Virus record (IMG/VR): IMGVR_UViG_3300028833_000155
Location: 1,644 to 65,643 of that record
Direction: 5' to 3' (one strand)
Source of the DNA: a virus
Length of the DNA: 64,000 bases
Under the pieces are notes generated by a model that saw nothing but the letters and a program-made list of their open reading frames with translations, did not search any database and had not been told where the DNA came from. A program made the position numbers and the translations under genes. Positions 38,829 to 50,800 of the stretch are shown here, piece by piece (the stretch's first letter is position 1; every line of letters begins with the position of its first letter).

Positions 38829-39851
38829 ATGAAACTAATTAAACCAAAAGCGGAACTCCTTATCCAACCTGAAGGCTTGGAAGGAATATACAAACAAATT
38901 GAATTAGCAGGAAGAACTTGCTATAAGTCAACAGATAAGATTACAGAAGACAGTGCCAAACCTTTTGTCGATAGAATGATTAAATCTCGACACTTTGCTA
39001 TGTTGGAACATGGCACTGTGTATCTTAAAGTACCAGAGGCTTATGAGGATAAAAAAGACAAAAGTATATTTCCAAGTGGGAGGGCAGTATCTACAGCAAT
39101 GTATCCTTGGTTAAATACTCCATATTGTAGAATCAACACAGTGCCAAGTGAAGAATATCCTAACACTTATGATGCTTACATTACTACAAACCTAAGGTAT
39201 ATTTGGGAACATGAGCTAGGTGATATGCAAGGCATACATAATGAGTTTTTAATATATATGTGTAAACCTACAGAGTACCATGAGAAGAGATACACTTTCC
39301 GTTGTATCACTTCTATAGGAGTAACTCGTGAGATGAATAGGCACAGGGTTAATAGTATAGCAGAACAGAGTACCAGATATTGTAATTACAGTAAGGAAAG
39401 GTTTGGAGGAGAAATTACCTTCTGTATTCCTGACTGGATAGATTTGCCAAAAGGAAAGGCTTATTACCATGATGGTATTAACTATAGAGCAGGAGTCAAG
39501 GAAGAGAATCCTTATGACTTTGTTTCTATTAATCCCACCTCATTAGGAGATGAAAAAAAGGCTATCCAATACACATATTGGCTTAATACTTTGAAACATT
39601 GCGAAGAGGAGTATTTCTTCTTACTAAAAAGTGGCTGGCAACCTCAGCAGGCAAGAGAAGTATTACCATTATGCACTGCTACAGAGATTGTTCATACTGC
39701 CTTTGCCTCAGATTGGAAGCACTTCTTCAATCTCAGATACTTTGGTACTACAGGCAAACCACATCCCAATATGAAACAGCTTGCTACTTTGATGAAGGAA
39801 GAAGCAGAGAAACATGGTATCTGGAATGAAATCAGTAATCCTAAAAATTAA
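38829..39851 (+). CDS. thyX: Flavin-dependent thymidylate synthase
   Basis: AGRTCY, HFAMLEH, RHR..SIAEQSTRY, AREVLP, FFNLR, HP. Confidence 0.9.
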   Translation: MKLIKPKAELLIQPEGLEGIYKQIELAGRTCYKSTDKITEDSAKPFVDRMIKSRHFAMLEHGTVYLKVPEAYEDKKDKSIFPSGRAVSTAMYPWLNTPYCRINTVPSEEYPNTYDAYITTNLRYIWEHELGDMQGIHNEFLIYMCKPTEYHEKRYTFRCITSIGVTREMNRHRVNSIAEQSTRYCNYSKERFGGEITFCIPDWIDLPKGKAYYHDGINYRAGVKEENPYDFVSINPTSLGDEKKAIQYTYWLNTLKHCEEEYFFLLKSGWQPQQAREVLPLCTATEIVHTAFASDWKHFFNLRYFGTTGKPHPNMKQLATLMKEEAEKHGIWNEISNPKN

Positions 39852-39996
39852 AACTATGAAAAAGTACTATATCTTAGAGTGGCCAGAGTGTCAAGAATTT
39901 ATGGGACAGAAAGGATGCTACCCTATTATGAGTGATGATGGCAGTCCTGCTACTGCTGTTCCTTGTGAATTGTATGATAATGAAAAAGAGTAGTAT

Positions 39997-40335
39997 ATGG
40001 AGACATTAGTAATACCCGCCAACTATATCGAGGACTTGGGGAGGAAGATAACTGATGAGGAGTATGGTGTGATAGGTATTGAAGAAATGTCTATCACATA
40101 CATACAACCTGCTGACACCTGTAGTCATCCTGATGAAGTCCAACACCTCACTATAACTACTCAAATGGCAGATTCTGTAGGTAAGGATGAAGAAGGCTTT
40201 TACTTCAATATCTCTATTCCTGAAGGAGAGCACTGGTCTGTAGACGAAGGACACTCTCTCATGGCTCTTGTTGATGATTTCAAGAAAAGACTCTACATGA
40301 CAACTAATACAAGGAAGGATAAATCTATAAAATAA
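39997..40335 (+). CDS. Hypothetical protein
   Basis: ORF track. Confidence 0.6.
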   Translation: METLVIPANYIEDLGRKITDEEYGVIGIEEMSITYIQPADTCSHPDEVQHLTITTQMADSVGKDEEGFYFNISIPEGEHWSVDEGHSLMALVDDFKKRLYMTTNTRKDKSIK

Positions 40336-40338
40336 GTT

Positions 40339-41112
40339 ATGGTATATAAAGTAGCAATCAAAGACAACAAGAAGTCTCCATTGGGGTATCTCCCAGACTT
40401 GGATAACTTCCAGAATGGCAAAGAATACACCTTCAAGCCTGGAGTGAATATCATTGTAGGAGAGAATGGCTGTGGTAAGACCACCCTAATGAATCTTATC
40501 AGGAAATACCTCATGGTAGATTATACAGACTGTGACAAAGGAGAATTCAGGTGCAACATTAACAATCTCTATGAGTCTGTCTTGAACAAAAATAGCTTTT
40601 TGGATGGAATAGATGTCTATGCTGACTACCAGAGAAACACCTTTAGACTGTCTCACGCAGGAGAAAAAGAAGAGTATCAAACTATAAAGACTGCTCAGGA
40701 TTTTAGTACCTTGCTTGATCAGAAAAATTCTTCTACAGGTGAAAGTGTCTTGATGGCAGTCAGCTCCCTCTTTAACTATATGTTTAGTAAAAAAGTCCAA
40801 CTAACTTATAACTACTGTCAGTTTAAAGAGAGCGACCCTCTGTACTGGGAGTATGTCAAAAGTCATCGTTGGGAAGCCTCTGATGAATGGACTATTCTTA
40901 TGGATGAGCCTGACAGAAATCTGGATATAGAGAATATCAATCAGATAAAGAGTATCCTCTCATTCCATAAGAAACATACTCAGATTATAGCAGTAATTCA
41001 TAACCCTCTGCTCATTTATAATCTCTCAAAGAGGAAAAGCATCAATATCATAGAGATGACTGAGGGCTATGGGGATAAAATTAAGAAACTTGTAAATAAT
41101 TTAGTAAGATGA
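40339..41112 (+). CDS. ABC-type ATPase
   Basis: GENGCGKTT, STGE signature, ILMDEPD, IHNP. Confidence 0.85.
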   Translation: MVYKVAIKDNKKSPLGYLPDLDNFQNGKEYTFKPGVNIIVGENGCGKTTLMNLIRKYLMVDYTDCDKGEFRCNINNLYESVLNKNSFLDGIDVYADYQRNTFRLSHAGEKEEYQTIKTAQDFSTLLDQKNSSTGESVLMAVSSLFNYMFSKKVQLTYNYCQFKESDPLYWEYVKSHRWEASDEWTILMDEPDRNLDIENINQIKSILSFHKKHTQIIAVIHNPLLIYNLSKRKSINIIEMTEGYGDKIKKLVNNLVR

Positions 41113-41327
41113 AACCAACAAAGACTCAAAAGACAGTAATTGATGCTATCATTAGAACATTGATGCAGTGGAGAACTGTTGGTACCATAGACTCTCCTTT
41201 CATCTATAATGATATGGATGAAATCTATAGAAACTTCTTGGAAGATTGCCTGTCTGAGAAAGAAATAGAAGAACTCAAGGCAGAGACCTGTAACCTATTT
41301 CAGTTTATAAAGAATTTAGCAGTATGA
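41109..41327 (+). CDS. Hypothetical protein
   Basis: ATGA overlaps. Confidence 0.55.
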   Translation: MKPTKTQKTVIDAIIRTLMQWRTVGTIDSPFIYNDMDEIYRNFLEDCLSEKEIEELKAETCNLFQFIKNLAV

Positions 41328-41758
41328 ATGCAACAGATTTTATGCTTGGAGATTATGTTCAAATAGAAGATGAAAAAGGCAATTTGATTACAGATTACAT
41401 CTGTGACATTGGCTATGTTTCTCAATGGAATGAGCTTGGAGTTAAGACCTGCAAATGTGGGGATGAGTGGCTTAGGGAGTCTGAGATAGTGCCCATTTTA
41501 TTAACTGCTGAAATCTTGGAAAAAATTGCAACTAGAACTCCAGGATATTTAGTATGGGTACTTGAAGGCTGTAATGGTGCAGAAGTACAATTGGTTCCGA
41601 GTACTCTTGATATAATCAACCCTGCAATGGAATATAGACTGGCACCTAGACAAAAGTGTTTTGGGGTGCAAGACACATTGATATGTCATTTAAAATATGT
41701 TCATGAACTTCAACACGCCCTGAAACTATGTGGAATTAATAAGGAAATTATATTATGA
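41324..41758 (+). CDS. Hypothetical phage protein
   Basis: MLGDYV...PILLTAEILEK...YVHELQHALKL pattern. Confidence 0.65.
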   Translation: MNATDFMLGDYVQIEDEKGNLITDYICDIGYVSQWNELGVKTCKCGDEWLRESEIVPILLTAEILEKIATRTPGYLVWVLEGCNGAEVQLVPSTLDIINPAMEYRLAPRQKCFGVQDTLICHLKYVHELQHALKLCGINKEIIL

Positions 41759-42111
41759 GTAAAAGTATAACATTATCTCCCAAACATGGGGTAAATCCCA
41801 GCATCACTCATTGCGAGTGCTGTGGCAAAGAAATAGGTATTGCCTTGTTTGGCAGACTCAAAGGAGACGCAGAAGCTCCAAGAGATGTAGCTATGGGCCT
41901 GTGTGATGACTGTCAGAAAGTCATTAATGCCAAAGGTCTGATGATTATTGAAGTCAGGGATGGGGAAACTGGTAAAAATCCCTACCGCACAGGCAGGTTG
42001 GCAGGAATAAGCAAGGATGCCAAAGAGAGAATGTTCAAAGACATCAACTCTCCGATATGCTATATGGAGCAATCCATGTTTCAACCGATGTTTGGCCAAT
42101 ACTGCAAGTAG
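41755..42111 (+). CDS. Zinc-binding hypothetical protein
   Basis: HGVNPS...CECCG...CDDC...PYRTG. Confidence 0.65.
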   Translation: MSKSITLSPKHGVNPSITHCECCGKEIGIALFGRLKGDAEAPRDVAMGLCDDCQKVINAKGLMIIEVRDGETGKNPYRTGRLAGISKDAKERMFKDINSPICYMEQSMFQPMFGQYCK

Positions 42112-42113
42112 TT

Positions 42114-42329
42114 ATGAGAAGAATAGCAATTATTAATCATGCTACCAAGACTCTCTTTGTAGAAGATGTCAATGAAGAGGAACTCATAGAGAAGTATGAG
42201 GATGATGAACAGAAGTATATCGAAGCAAACTATGGCTTAGAGGAGTATTCATGGGACTGGATAACAGATACAGAATACTTTCCTGAGTCTAAAAAGATTC
42301 CAATAGAGGTTAACTTTGAAGATATATGA
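42114..42329 (+). CDS. Hypothetical acidic protein
   Basis: ATG at 42114 after TAGTT. Confidence 0.55.
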   Translation: MRRIAIINHATKTLFVEDVNEEELIEKYEDDEQKYIEANYGLEEYSWDWITDTEYFPESKKIPIEVNFEDI

Positions 42330-42339
42330 GATATTTAGT

Positions 42340-42585
42340 ATGAAAGAATCGTTTGTAATAACAAGAGTCTCAAGAGGGGATTTGGAAGCTATAGGTTTCG
42401 ATACCTCTGAAGTATCTGATGAAACTATGGAATATCTGGCTAAAAAACTGGGAGATGACTACTGTGAGCAGTTATTCTGGAGTAGTTTAGAGATTATTGC
42501 TGAATATCTGGAAATACCTAAGAAAGAGCATGAGGAAATCCTTGAGTGGGATGAGGAGAACAAGAAGATTAATTTAGAGTTTTAA
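42340..42585 (+). CDS. Hypothetical protein
   Basis: SRGDL..IGFD...LGDDYCEQLFW. Confidence 0.6.
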   Translation: MKESFVITRVSRGDLEAIGFDTSEVSDETMEYLAKKLGDDYCEQLFWSSLEIIAEYLEIPKKEHEEILEWDEENKKINLEF

Positions 42586-42588
42586 ATT

Positions 42589-42774
42589 ATGATTTGGAGC
42601 AAACCTATTATAGGCTATCGCAACAAGGTAGCAGAGATGAGAATGGATGTGGATAGATGTGACTTGATAGAAACATCTCATCTTACTTCTGAGGAAAGGG
42701 AATGGTTAAGAAAGCACTTTGAAACCATTCTTAACTATATTGACAAGAAACTCAAACCAACAAGACCTAAATGA
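42589..42774 (+). CDS. Hypothetical protein
   Basis: Tight packing. Confidence 0.5.
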   Translation: MIWSKPIIGYRNKVAEMRMDVDRCDLIETSHLTSEEREWLRKHFETILNYIDKKLKPTRPK

Positions 42775-42971
42775 GAGTCCGCATTAAGCACCTTGACTGT
42801 GGAGGAATGGGAAGTATTATTGAATGTAATTACGGAAGACCTCTTTGCTACTTTTGTAGAGAGTATAATTCTTGGTATTCAGAAGAAAAAGATGTTACTC
42901 CTAAAGAACTCATTGCTTTACTTAATAGATTTGATTGTATTATAACTTTAAAACCAACAAAATCTAAGTGA
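42771..42971 (+). CDS. Hypothetical protein
   Basis: ATGA overlap. Confidence 0.5.
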   Translation: MRVRIKHLDCGGMGSIIECNYGRPLCYFCREYNSWYSEEKDVTPKELIALLNRFDCIITLKPTKSK

Positions 42972-42972
42972 T

Positions 42973-43209
42973 ATGTGGACAGAACCATCACCTGCTCAAC
43001 AATTGGCAGAGCAGATTCAAAGACAGATAAATGAGTCAAGACCTTATCCCCAATCTTACTATGATGACATAGAGAAATTCAATAAGCAAGGTTGGGACAA
43101 ATCTGAAGAGATTCATAAAAGAAAGGAAGAGTTATTCAAAAAACTTAATAAAGGAAATCTCTCTCCATCAGAATATGCACAAATAATGAGTACAATAAAC
43201 AGTCTATAA
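42973..43209 (+). CDS. Hypothetical protein
   Basis: Tight packing. Confidence 0.5.
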   Translation: MWTEPSPAQQLAEQIQRQINESRPYPQSYYDDIEKFNKQGWDKSEEIHKRKEELFKKLNKGNLSPSEYAQIMSTINSL

Positions 43210-43210
43210 A

Positions 43211-43426
43211 ATGAAAATTAAAGAGTATCACCTTAAAGCAGGGTATCCTTCTATATTCAAGAATATTCCTGGAGTAGAAATAACTAACTTGCCTCTACAA
43301 GGAGAATGTACTGATGTGTTTCTTATTACTATAGATGATAGTACAGTAAAAGAATATAAGATAACAGAAATGACAAGACAATATTTGTCAGAAAGTATTG
43401 GTAGTTTTGAATTTATTCCTCATTAA
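43211..43426 (+). CDS. Hypothetical protein
   Basis: Tight packing. Confidence 0.5.
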   Translation: MKIKEYHLKAGYPSIFKNIPGVEITNLPLQGECTDVFLITIDDSTVKEYKITEMTRQYLSESIGSFEFIPH

Positions 43427-43428
43427 TT

Positions 43429-43998
43429 ATGGCAAACATAGCAAGTGTGGCCTATGCAATAGAAGGCCAAAAGGAAACCTTACAAAAGATTAATGAGGCT
43501 ATTGTAATAGCAATTCATATAGATGATAATAGGTATGAACTCTATAAGGCTGCTAAGTATCTTAACCTTCCCATTGTAGATGGGAAGACAAGGCTCGGAG
43601 GAAAAATCTCAGAAGAACCCACATGGGATGAAAATACAGGTGCTCTAAGATTCTGGTCTGAGGAAAGATGGGGCTTGCAGGACTTTGCAGAACTCTTGGA
43701 AAAGCAGTTCCCTGACATTAAGGTATATTGGATTGTAGAGGAATGTGGCTGTGGAGTATATTGTACAAATGACAAAGAAGGTAAGTATTTTCCTGAGAGG
43801 TTTTGGGTAGATACTGCACAGGATGACATCTATCAGTCTGAGTACTTTACTACTGAGAAAGCTATGTATAAGTGGCTTAATGAAAAGTATGGGGTTAAAT
43901 CAGAGGAAGAAGTAGAAGCTTGGAATGCTAACTATGAAGCTACAGGAGATGACTGTGAGAGCTTCATCTATATTCACAAATTTGAAATAGAAGATTAG
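43429..43998 (+). CDS. Hypothetical protein
   Basis: MAN.A...EECGCGVYCTND. Confidence 0.65.
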   Translation: MANIASVAYAIEGQKETLQKINEAIVIAIHIDDNRYELYKAAKYLNLPIVDGKTRLGGKISEEPTWDENTGALRFWSEERWGLQDFAELLEKQFPDIKVYWIVEECGCGVYCTNDKEGKYFPERFWVDTAQDDIYQSEYFTTEKAMYKWLNEKYGVKSEEEVEAWNANYEATGDDCESFIYIHKFEIED

Positions 43999-43999
43999 T

Positions 44000-44551
44000 A
44001 TGGAACAGGTACTTCATTTATTTATAACTAATAAGTGCAGACATCAGTGCCAATTCTGCTGTAACAAGCTATATAAAATTAGCGAAATACCTGTGGCAAC
44101 TGTAGAGCTGCTGAAATCTGTAGATACTGTATGTCTAACCGGAGGAGAGCCTTTTACTGTCAAACCCATAGTTTTAAAGAACCTCATATATAATCTAAGA
44201 ACTCAGTATAAGAGCATAAAAAACCTATATATCTATACCAGTGGGTATGAGTTTGAAATGGTACATCAGGATTATTATGAGTTCATTCATGTATATAACT
44301 GGATAAATGGCATTAATATTGCACCTAAAGACTGGAAAGACTGGATAGCTGTTCCTAAGATTATTTCTACTATTAATTGTAAGTCAAATTCTAATAGGCT
44401 TTATGTGTTTAGAGAGCAACGTCCTGTATTTGATGCTATGAATATAGACCTTTCTAAAGTTAACATTCAGGTAATAGACAGGCAGTGGACAAAAAGCTTC
44501 AGTGTTTCAGACAATGAGTACTTTGCAAGACTTCCGATTCTACTTAATTAA
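44000..44551 (+). CDS. Small radical SAM protein
   Basis: CRHQCQFC (CxxxCxxC), LTGGEP, YTSG. Confidence 0.8.
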   Translation: MEQVLHLFITNKCRHQCQFCCNKLYKISEIPVATVELLKSVDTVCLTGGEPFTVKPIVLKNLIYNLRTQYKSIKNLYIYTSGYEFEMVHQDYYEFIHVYNWINGINIAPKDWKDWIAVPKIISTINCKSNSNRLYVFREQRPVFDAMNIDLSKVNIQVIDRQWTKSFSVSDNEYFARLPILLN

Positions 44552-44571
44552 CTATAAAGACAAAATAAAAT

Positions 44572-44751
44572 ATGAAGGTAAAAGATTTAAGAACATTTCC
44601 ACCATTAAAGGAGCACATGGAGAAAATTATGTCTGGAGAATGTGATGATTATGAAGTGCTAGTACAACTTAATAGTATTCCTGCCCCAATGACCTTTGTT
44701 AATGTAGATGATAGAGTTAAGACTGTCTGGTTTGCAGGTAGAAATGACTAA
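44572..44751 (+). CDS. Small hypothetical protein (59 aa, not in track)
   Basis: ATG after an A-rich leader; stop immediately before the terminator. Confidence 0.5.
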   Translation: MKVKDLRTFPPLKEHMEKIMSGECDDYEVLVQLNSIPAPMTFVNVDDRVKTVWFAGRND

Positions 44752-44757
44752 ACTTTA

Positions 44758-44792
44758 AAGAGGGAATGGCAATACCGTTCCCTCTTCTTTTT
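44758..44792 (+). terminator. Terminator ending the replication module
   Basis: AAGAGGGAATGG-CAATA-CCGTTCCCTCTT followed by a T tract. Confidence 0.7.
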
Positions 44793-44857
44793 CTAAACAA
44801 CCCTTTAAATAAGGTTAAGGTTGTGCTTAAAGTAATCCAGCACCCAAGTAAAAGCAT

Positions 44858-44865
44858 TACCTTTG
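44858..44865 (+). promoter_or_regulatory. Bacteroidetes -7 promoter element upstream of the RNAP gene
   Basis: TACCTTTG(CC) ends 27 nt before ATG 44892. Confidence 0.65.
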
Positions 44866-44891
44866 CCTAAGAATTTTAATAATAACATCAA

Positions 44892-47800
44892 ATGGCAGCA
44901 CCAAGTTGTATTCCACATACGGTAAGTAGAAGATTTGCTACACAAGTAGTAGATAAGCTTTCTGATGAACAGAAAAATAAGTTTGGCATCACTGATGATG
45001 ATAGTAGAGACGATGCCATCGAAGCAATCAGAGCTTTGGCTGAGAGACATATCAATGCTGAGACTAATCCTGATAGGAAAGACCAGATGCTTCAGAATCC
45101 TGAAGGTTTTATTGCCGACTTAGAAAAGTATTTCTCTGTTGTTAGAGTGCCTGAAGATAACATTGAGGAGGCGCAAAAACAGTATAAATCTGTAAAATCC
45201 TTTTTAGAAGGACAAAATATGGGCAGATTAGTTACTTTCAAGTTTACAGAAGATAAAGAAGACCAAGAACAGGCTACAACAGCAGAAGCTTTTTTTCTGA
45301 GCTATAATCTCCTGTTTAAGGAAGGTGTAAGCCTTTTCAAGGAGTACTACCCTAATGGCAAAGTCAAGGCTATCAGTATTATTCTTATGGAACCTCAGAG
45401 GATGGATGGCAAAACAGCACAGGAAAATACCCTTGATACTATAAATGAAATTAAGAATTCATCACAGATAGAAATTTATAACACTTCTAAAAAAGGAGAA
45501 ACGATGCTTGTTTCTACCAAAGAAGAAATGCCTGAAGGGTGGAAGCCCACAGGCAGGTATCTGTATGATGGCAAGATGGTCAAAGCACAGGGTGTTACAA
45601 AAGACATTGATAATACTCCATATACAGGGTCAGTATTAGCAGGACCTATAGGAAATTCTGTTGATACAACAGGAAGGCTGTTCTTTAATAAGAATAGTGA
45701 ACTGTGGGAAAACGATGGACACCTTGTTAGTGATGAAGAGCTACAAGATATTATCAATACAAAGCTTGGAGGTATCTTTACTTTATCAGGACTGAAAAAT
45801 CTTATAAAAGACTTTGAGATTCTTGAAAAACAGCTTAAAGAAAAATGGGGAGAAGACGTTATAATCTTGTCTGATGAAATAAGAATGTTCGGACAAAAAC
45901 CTGAAGATGGTTCTTGGATAATAGGTTATCCTGACTTATTGGTTATAGATAAAAAAGGGGTAGTCCATACACTAGACTTCAAAACTTCTAAAATGTCCGA
46001 TATAAAAGGCTATGTGTATGTATTCCACGATGAAAAGGAGCAGAATTATCATACAGGTGAACACTATGGTAAGCAAATTTCACGATACATAAAAATGGAA
46101 GAGTCCTATGGATTACCTGTTGACTCAGAACCTTATGTAATATTAATTGATACATGGTACGATGCTTCTGACACAATAGAAAAAAGAGACAATGGTGCAA
46201 GGCCTTCCTATCAAACAGAAGGTACTATCGGATTTTTAAATGACACTGGTAGTCTCACAATGAGTTTGGGAGAATATGCAGCAGAAAACCCCATGACAAG
46301 AAAGGAACTATTGCTAGATGACACGGAAAAAGAAATCCTTTATATGGAACCTCGTCTCCATCTTAATATTACTGAGGAAGAAGGTACATATATTTATTCT
46401 GATGAGCTGGCAGCACTTAGAGGCAAGGAAGACATTCCTTTCGACTCTGAAGTAAGCTATGAGCAACAGTGGACTGCTTTATCTGAGGAGGAAAAAGAAG
46501 AACTCCAATGGCTTTTTAATGCTAAACCAGTGGTGTTTAGACCTGCACAAGGTATTGTAACACTGTCAGATGATGATATTGAAAGTAAGCCTTGGCTTAT
46601 TTCTCCCCAGGAGATTCAGGATGTTGCAGAGTTTATGATGTACAGAGTCTCTAGAATAATTACAGACCTTCAGAAAGGCAAGAGCTATAGTGAAATTCCC
46701 CTAAGTAATCCTAATGAAAATGGTTCTCCAAGTACAGTATTCTTGGGTAAAAACAGATCAGATATTATCCACATTGCAGGTATTGACAACCTGATTGATA
46801 TTGCTTTCAAGTATATCAAGATGGGATACAAAAATGACTTTCCTACAGAACAGCAGTATAAAGATGGTGACTATGACCAAGACGAAGACTTTGGATATTT
46901 CTTTAAAGATGAGGCAGATTTCCTGAACCAAAAAAGAATGAATGACAAAGCCAAGTGGCTTATTGACCACAAGGAACAGTTCATTATAGCAGGATATGCT
47001 AAACTAATGGCTCTGGAAAACTCTATCATCCCAAAGAGGAACGAGTCCAAGAACTTTAATTCTACAACACCTGATGTTCGTATGGAAGCAGATGACATGG
47101 AAGCTATAGGAGAAACAGGAGATGAAGAAAGCATCCAGTCTTTTGTTGATCTCTATCTGGAAGGTATTACTGATGTAGAAGCATGGATGCTCGGACAGAG
47201 AAACTATTCTCCAAAAGCTTCATTGGCACAGGAAATCAAGCGTATGTTTGAAGATATTGACATGGTGGATGCCAATGGTAAATTAGTGAAAGATCCCTAT
47301 GGTTGGGGATTCTCCTTGGCTTTAGATGCTACACAAGCAATTCAAACTGTCCTTGATACGTGTAAGTACTGTGAGACTATGGATGAAATGATGGTAGCTC
47401 TGAAAAACTTGGCGAGAAGTCCTCAGAACAACTGGGTTAATCAAGTCATCGACACTATTAACATGAAAGGCAATGAGAACCTAAAAAAGAAGTTCTTCCG
47501 TCACTTCCGCAAGGATGCCCTTAACTACAGTATTGCTCAAGTAAAATTTGATAAAAAGACTGGTAAAAGAGTCATTGAAACAAGAATTATAAATACAAAA
47601 TCTGCTTATGATACTATTAAACAGTCTTTAGGTGTAAGCTTCAGAAATGGTTCTGTAGGCAGTTATATCATTAATGGTGAAACATTCTCTGTTGTAGAAA
47701 GAGATGACAGTGGTAATAATATCCTAACTCGCCTAGGTAAAGGTACTGTAGCAAATCAGATTAGGAAGGATATAAAAACATGGAATAGCAGGCTTATACA

Positions 47801-50800
47801 AGTCTATAAAGATGGTAGGAATAGGCCAGAAGGACAGCGGATCTATGTTGCAGAGCAGCTACAAAAGCAGCAGTTTGATGGTAAAACCATCATTCAGGGA
47901 ATAACAGAAATCCTCAATGGTATAGGAATCAGAGTTCCCCAAGATGTTGTCTTGAACACATGCCTTCAAAAGCTTGCCGGAGGTGAAGGAAAAAGCAGTA
48001 ATGCAAGAAGGCTTCTAAATTTGTCTGAGGTTGTATTAGGCAAACTAGATGACATGAACACCAAGAAAAGTGGTATTCCAAGTGGCTTAAAAGGCAATGA
48101 CGCAGGTAGAGGATATTTTCCAATCCTTAAAATGGTGGCTGATTCAGTCCAAGAGTATGTAGAAGCCTCTGTTTATCAAGATGGAAAAACCTACTATTCC
48201 TATACTAATCCTTCCAGAATTGGATACATAGTCCGCGATCTGAAAGATTCCCTTGATGATACTGCTAAGTTTGAGAAATATATTCAAGACAACTTTGGCA
48301 GATATACAGGATGGTTTAAGACTGTAAATGGAGAAAGACAGAATCCTGAAGAACCTGGTTCTGAGTGGCTATGTGACTGGATAAGACAACTAGCTGACCC
48401 TGATAAAAGTGCTGCACGTCAGGCTCTTGAGCATAAAGTGGAGCTTTCCTACATCGGCAATCAGTATAGGAATTTAGGTGCTTTAGGTTTTCAATTATCT
48501 ATTCTTCACAACTATTTTGGTTCAAGGGATGACCAAGCTATTAACAAAGACTATCGTTGGTTTGCCCTTCCAACCATGTCAAACAAACCTACCAATGAGT
48601 TTATCCGCATGTTAAAGTATAAGAACTCTGAAGAAATTATTGACAGAGTTTTAATGAACACTTTCATACAGGAGATGAACCGTATGGCAGATGTACTATT
48701 CCACTATGCCAACTATGATGACAGTGTGGCAACAGACCAAATAGACTTGACTGACAAAAAGCTAATCAAAGCTGGCTGGACTGAAGAGGAAATTGAAGGT
48801 TTGAAGGAGAGGATTAATTCTCAGAATGTAACAGTCAATGACCTTATCAGACTTCAGAATGTAACTTCTGGTGCCAAGTTCCACTTCCTGTGGTATCTTA
48901 ACAATGATATTACAGGGAAGGACTTCCAAGACTTTGGTAGTCTGATAACTGAAAGGCTTAATATTCTTCTGACTCCAGAAGGAGATGCCAAGCAAGACAG
49001 ACTGAATACTTCTAATGAAGTAGATACCTTAGCTTTAGTTAGGCAGGTTATTTCTCAGCGCATGGATGAAATTGTGGAATCTGAACTAACCCACATGAAA
49101 AAGATAGGCTTGTTTGATACAGAGACTAAAAGAATTAATGGTAAGGAAGTCAAGGTTCTGAAGTATCAGGAAGAGTTTGATGATAAACTTGGCTCTGGCA
49201 GTAATGGCTATGACAATGCTGTCAAGGAAATGGAGAGTAAGCTGAGGGATTTCATCTGGCAGGACATAGCAGCTAATATTAACATCATTCAGATTACTGG
49301 AGGAGACCTAGCCTACTATGGTAATGCTGTGAACTATCAGAAGCGTATTGCTCAGATTCATTCTCCAGGTCTTAAGCTCATGCATGATGATGAGTATGAT
49401 GATGGTTATCTCCGTAGTGTTCATATCTCTGATGAGATGGTTAGAGATGAAACCAGACACAATACAGAAGTAGTACTAACTGAGTATATGGAGAATTCAG
49501 GACTGTCTGGTACAGTCAAGGAAGACTATAGAAAGATGATTTCTATCATTCTTGACGGTCTTACCAAGACTGAGTCTACTGATGGTCAGTCTTACTCTTC
49601 TCCCACTTCTATAAGAAAGAAGTTAGCTCTCCAGGGTGAATGGGATGATACCAAAGAAAAGGCCTATAAAGCCATTATCAAAGGTGATTTCAACATCAAT
49701 CATCTTGGTGTGATGCTTCAACCATCAAAGCCTTTTGTCACCTCTGACATGGCCAAGTACTCAGGTTCTACCACTATGGAGCTTCGCAAAACTCCTCTAC
49801 AAGATAAGAACTCTGAGTATCTTATCATCCTTGCTGAAGCCATTGCAAGAGGTTCTGGTAAAAGAAGTAAGCTTGTAGCTATCTGTGACTTTATGGAGAA
49901 GACTGCCAAGTTTGGCAATGGTAAGCAGGGCATTGATACTGTCCATTTTGCCTCTGTCAATAAGGTAGGAAAGTCTGGAATTATTGACATTGCAGCTTTT
50001 GACAAACAATTCAATGAGGACTTAAAAGATGGTATTGCTGATGAGGAAGATTACAATGAACTTCTTACAGAGTATCTGCTACGACATGTGCGGACTAAAG
50101 GTATGACAGGTGGAAGTATCCAAGAGCAAGATGACTTTGATGCTACTGAAAGATTAGTTCAGGAAGGTAAGCTGAAAAGAGAGGAAACTCTCTACAATGC
50201 TCAGTATGTAGATACTATTCCTTTGGATGACTATATCATTCAGCAGGAAGTGCCTGCACACCTGCTTGAACATCAACAGCTCTATGGTTCTCAGATAAGG
50301 ATTCTTGGTATCTCTGATATTACTCCTGGTACAGAATTTGATGTCAATTGGAAAAAGATGTCAGATAAAGAACTTGTTGATGAGTACAAAAATCTTCATG
50401 CTCAGAATATCAGAGAATCTTTTGATGACTTAATGGAGGAGTTAGGTCTTGACAAACTTTCTAAAAATGGTGAAGTCAAGCTTGAAACCATTGATGAATT
50501 ACCTACTGAAGACAGAAATCAGGTTTATAAAAATCTGGAATTTTTGCTTCAGAAAGAACTCTCCAAGGATGCCAAGTATGGTCTTGATATGCGTAGAGCA
50601 TGTGCTCTCCAGTATGATAGTAATGGTAACGTGATTGATTTTGCTGTACCTTTGATGGACCCAATTCAGTCAAGGAGAATACAGGAACTCATCAACTCTA
50701 TCATTAAGAAGAGCATTAACAAGCAAAGAATCACTGGTGGACCTGTAGTCCAGACTACTGCCTATGACAGAAATCTTCACATCCGATTCAAAGATAAAGA

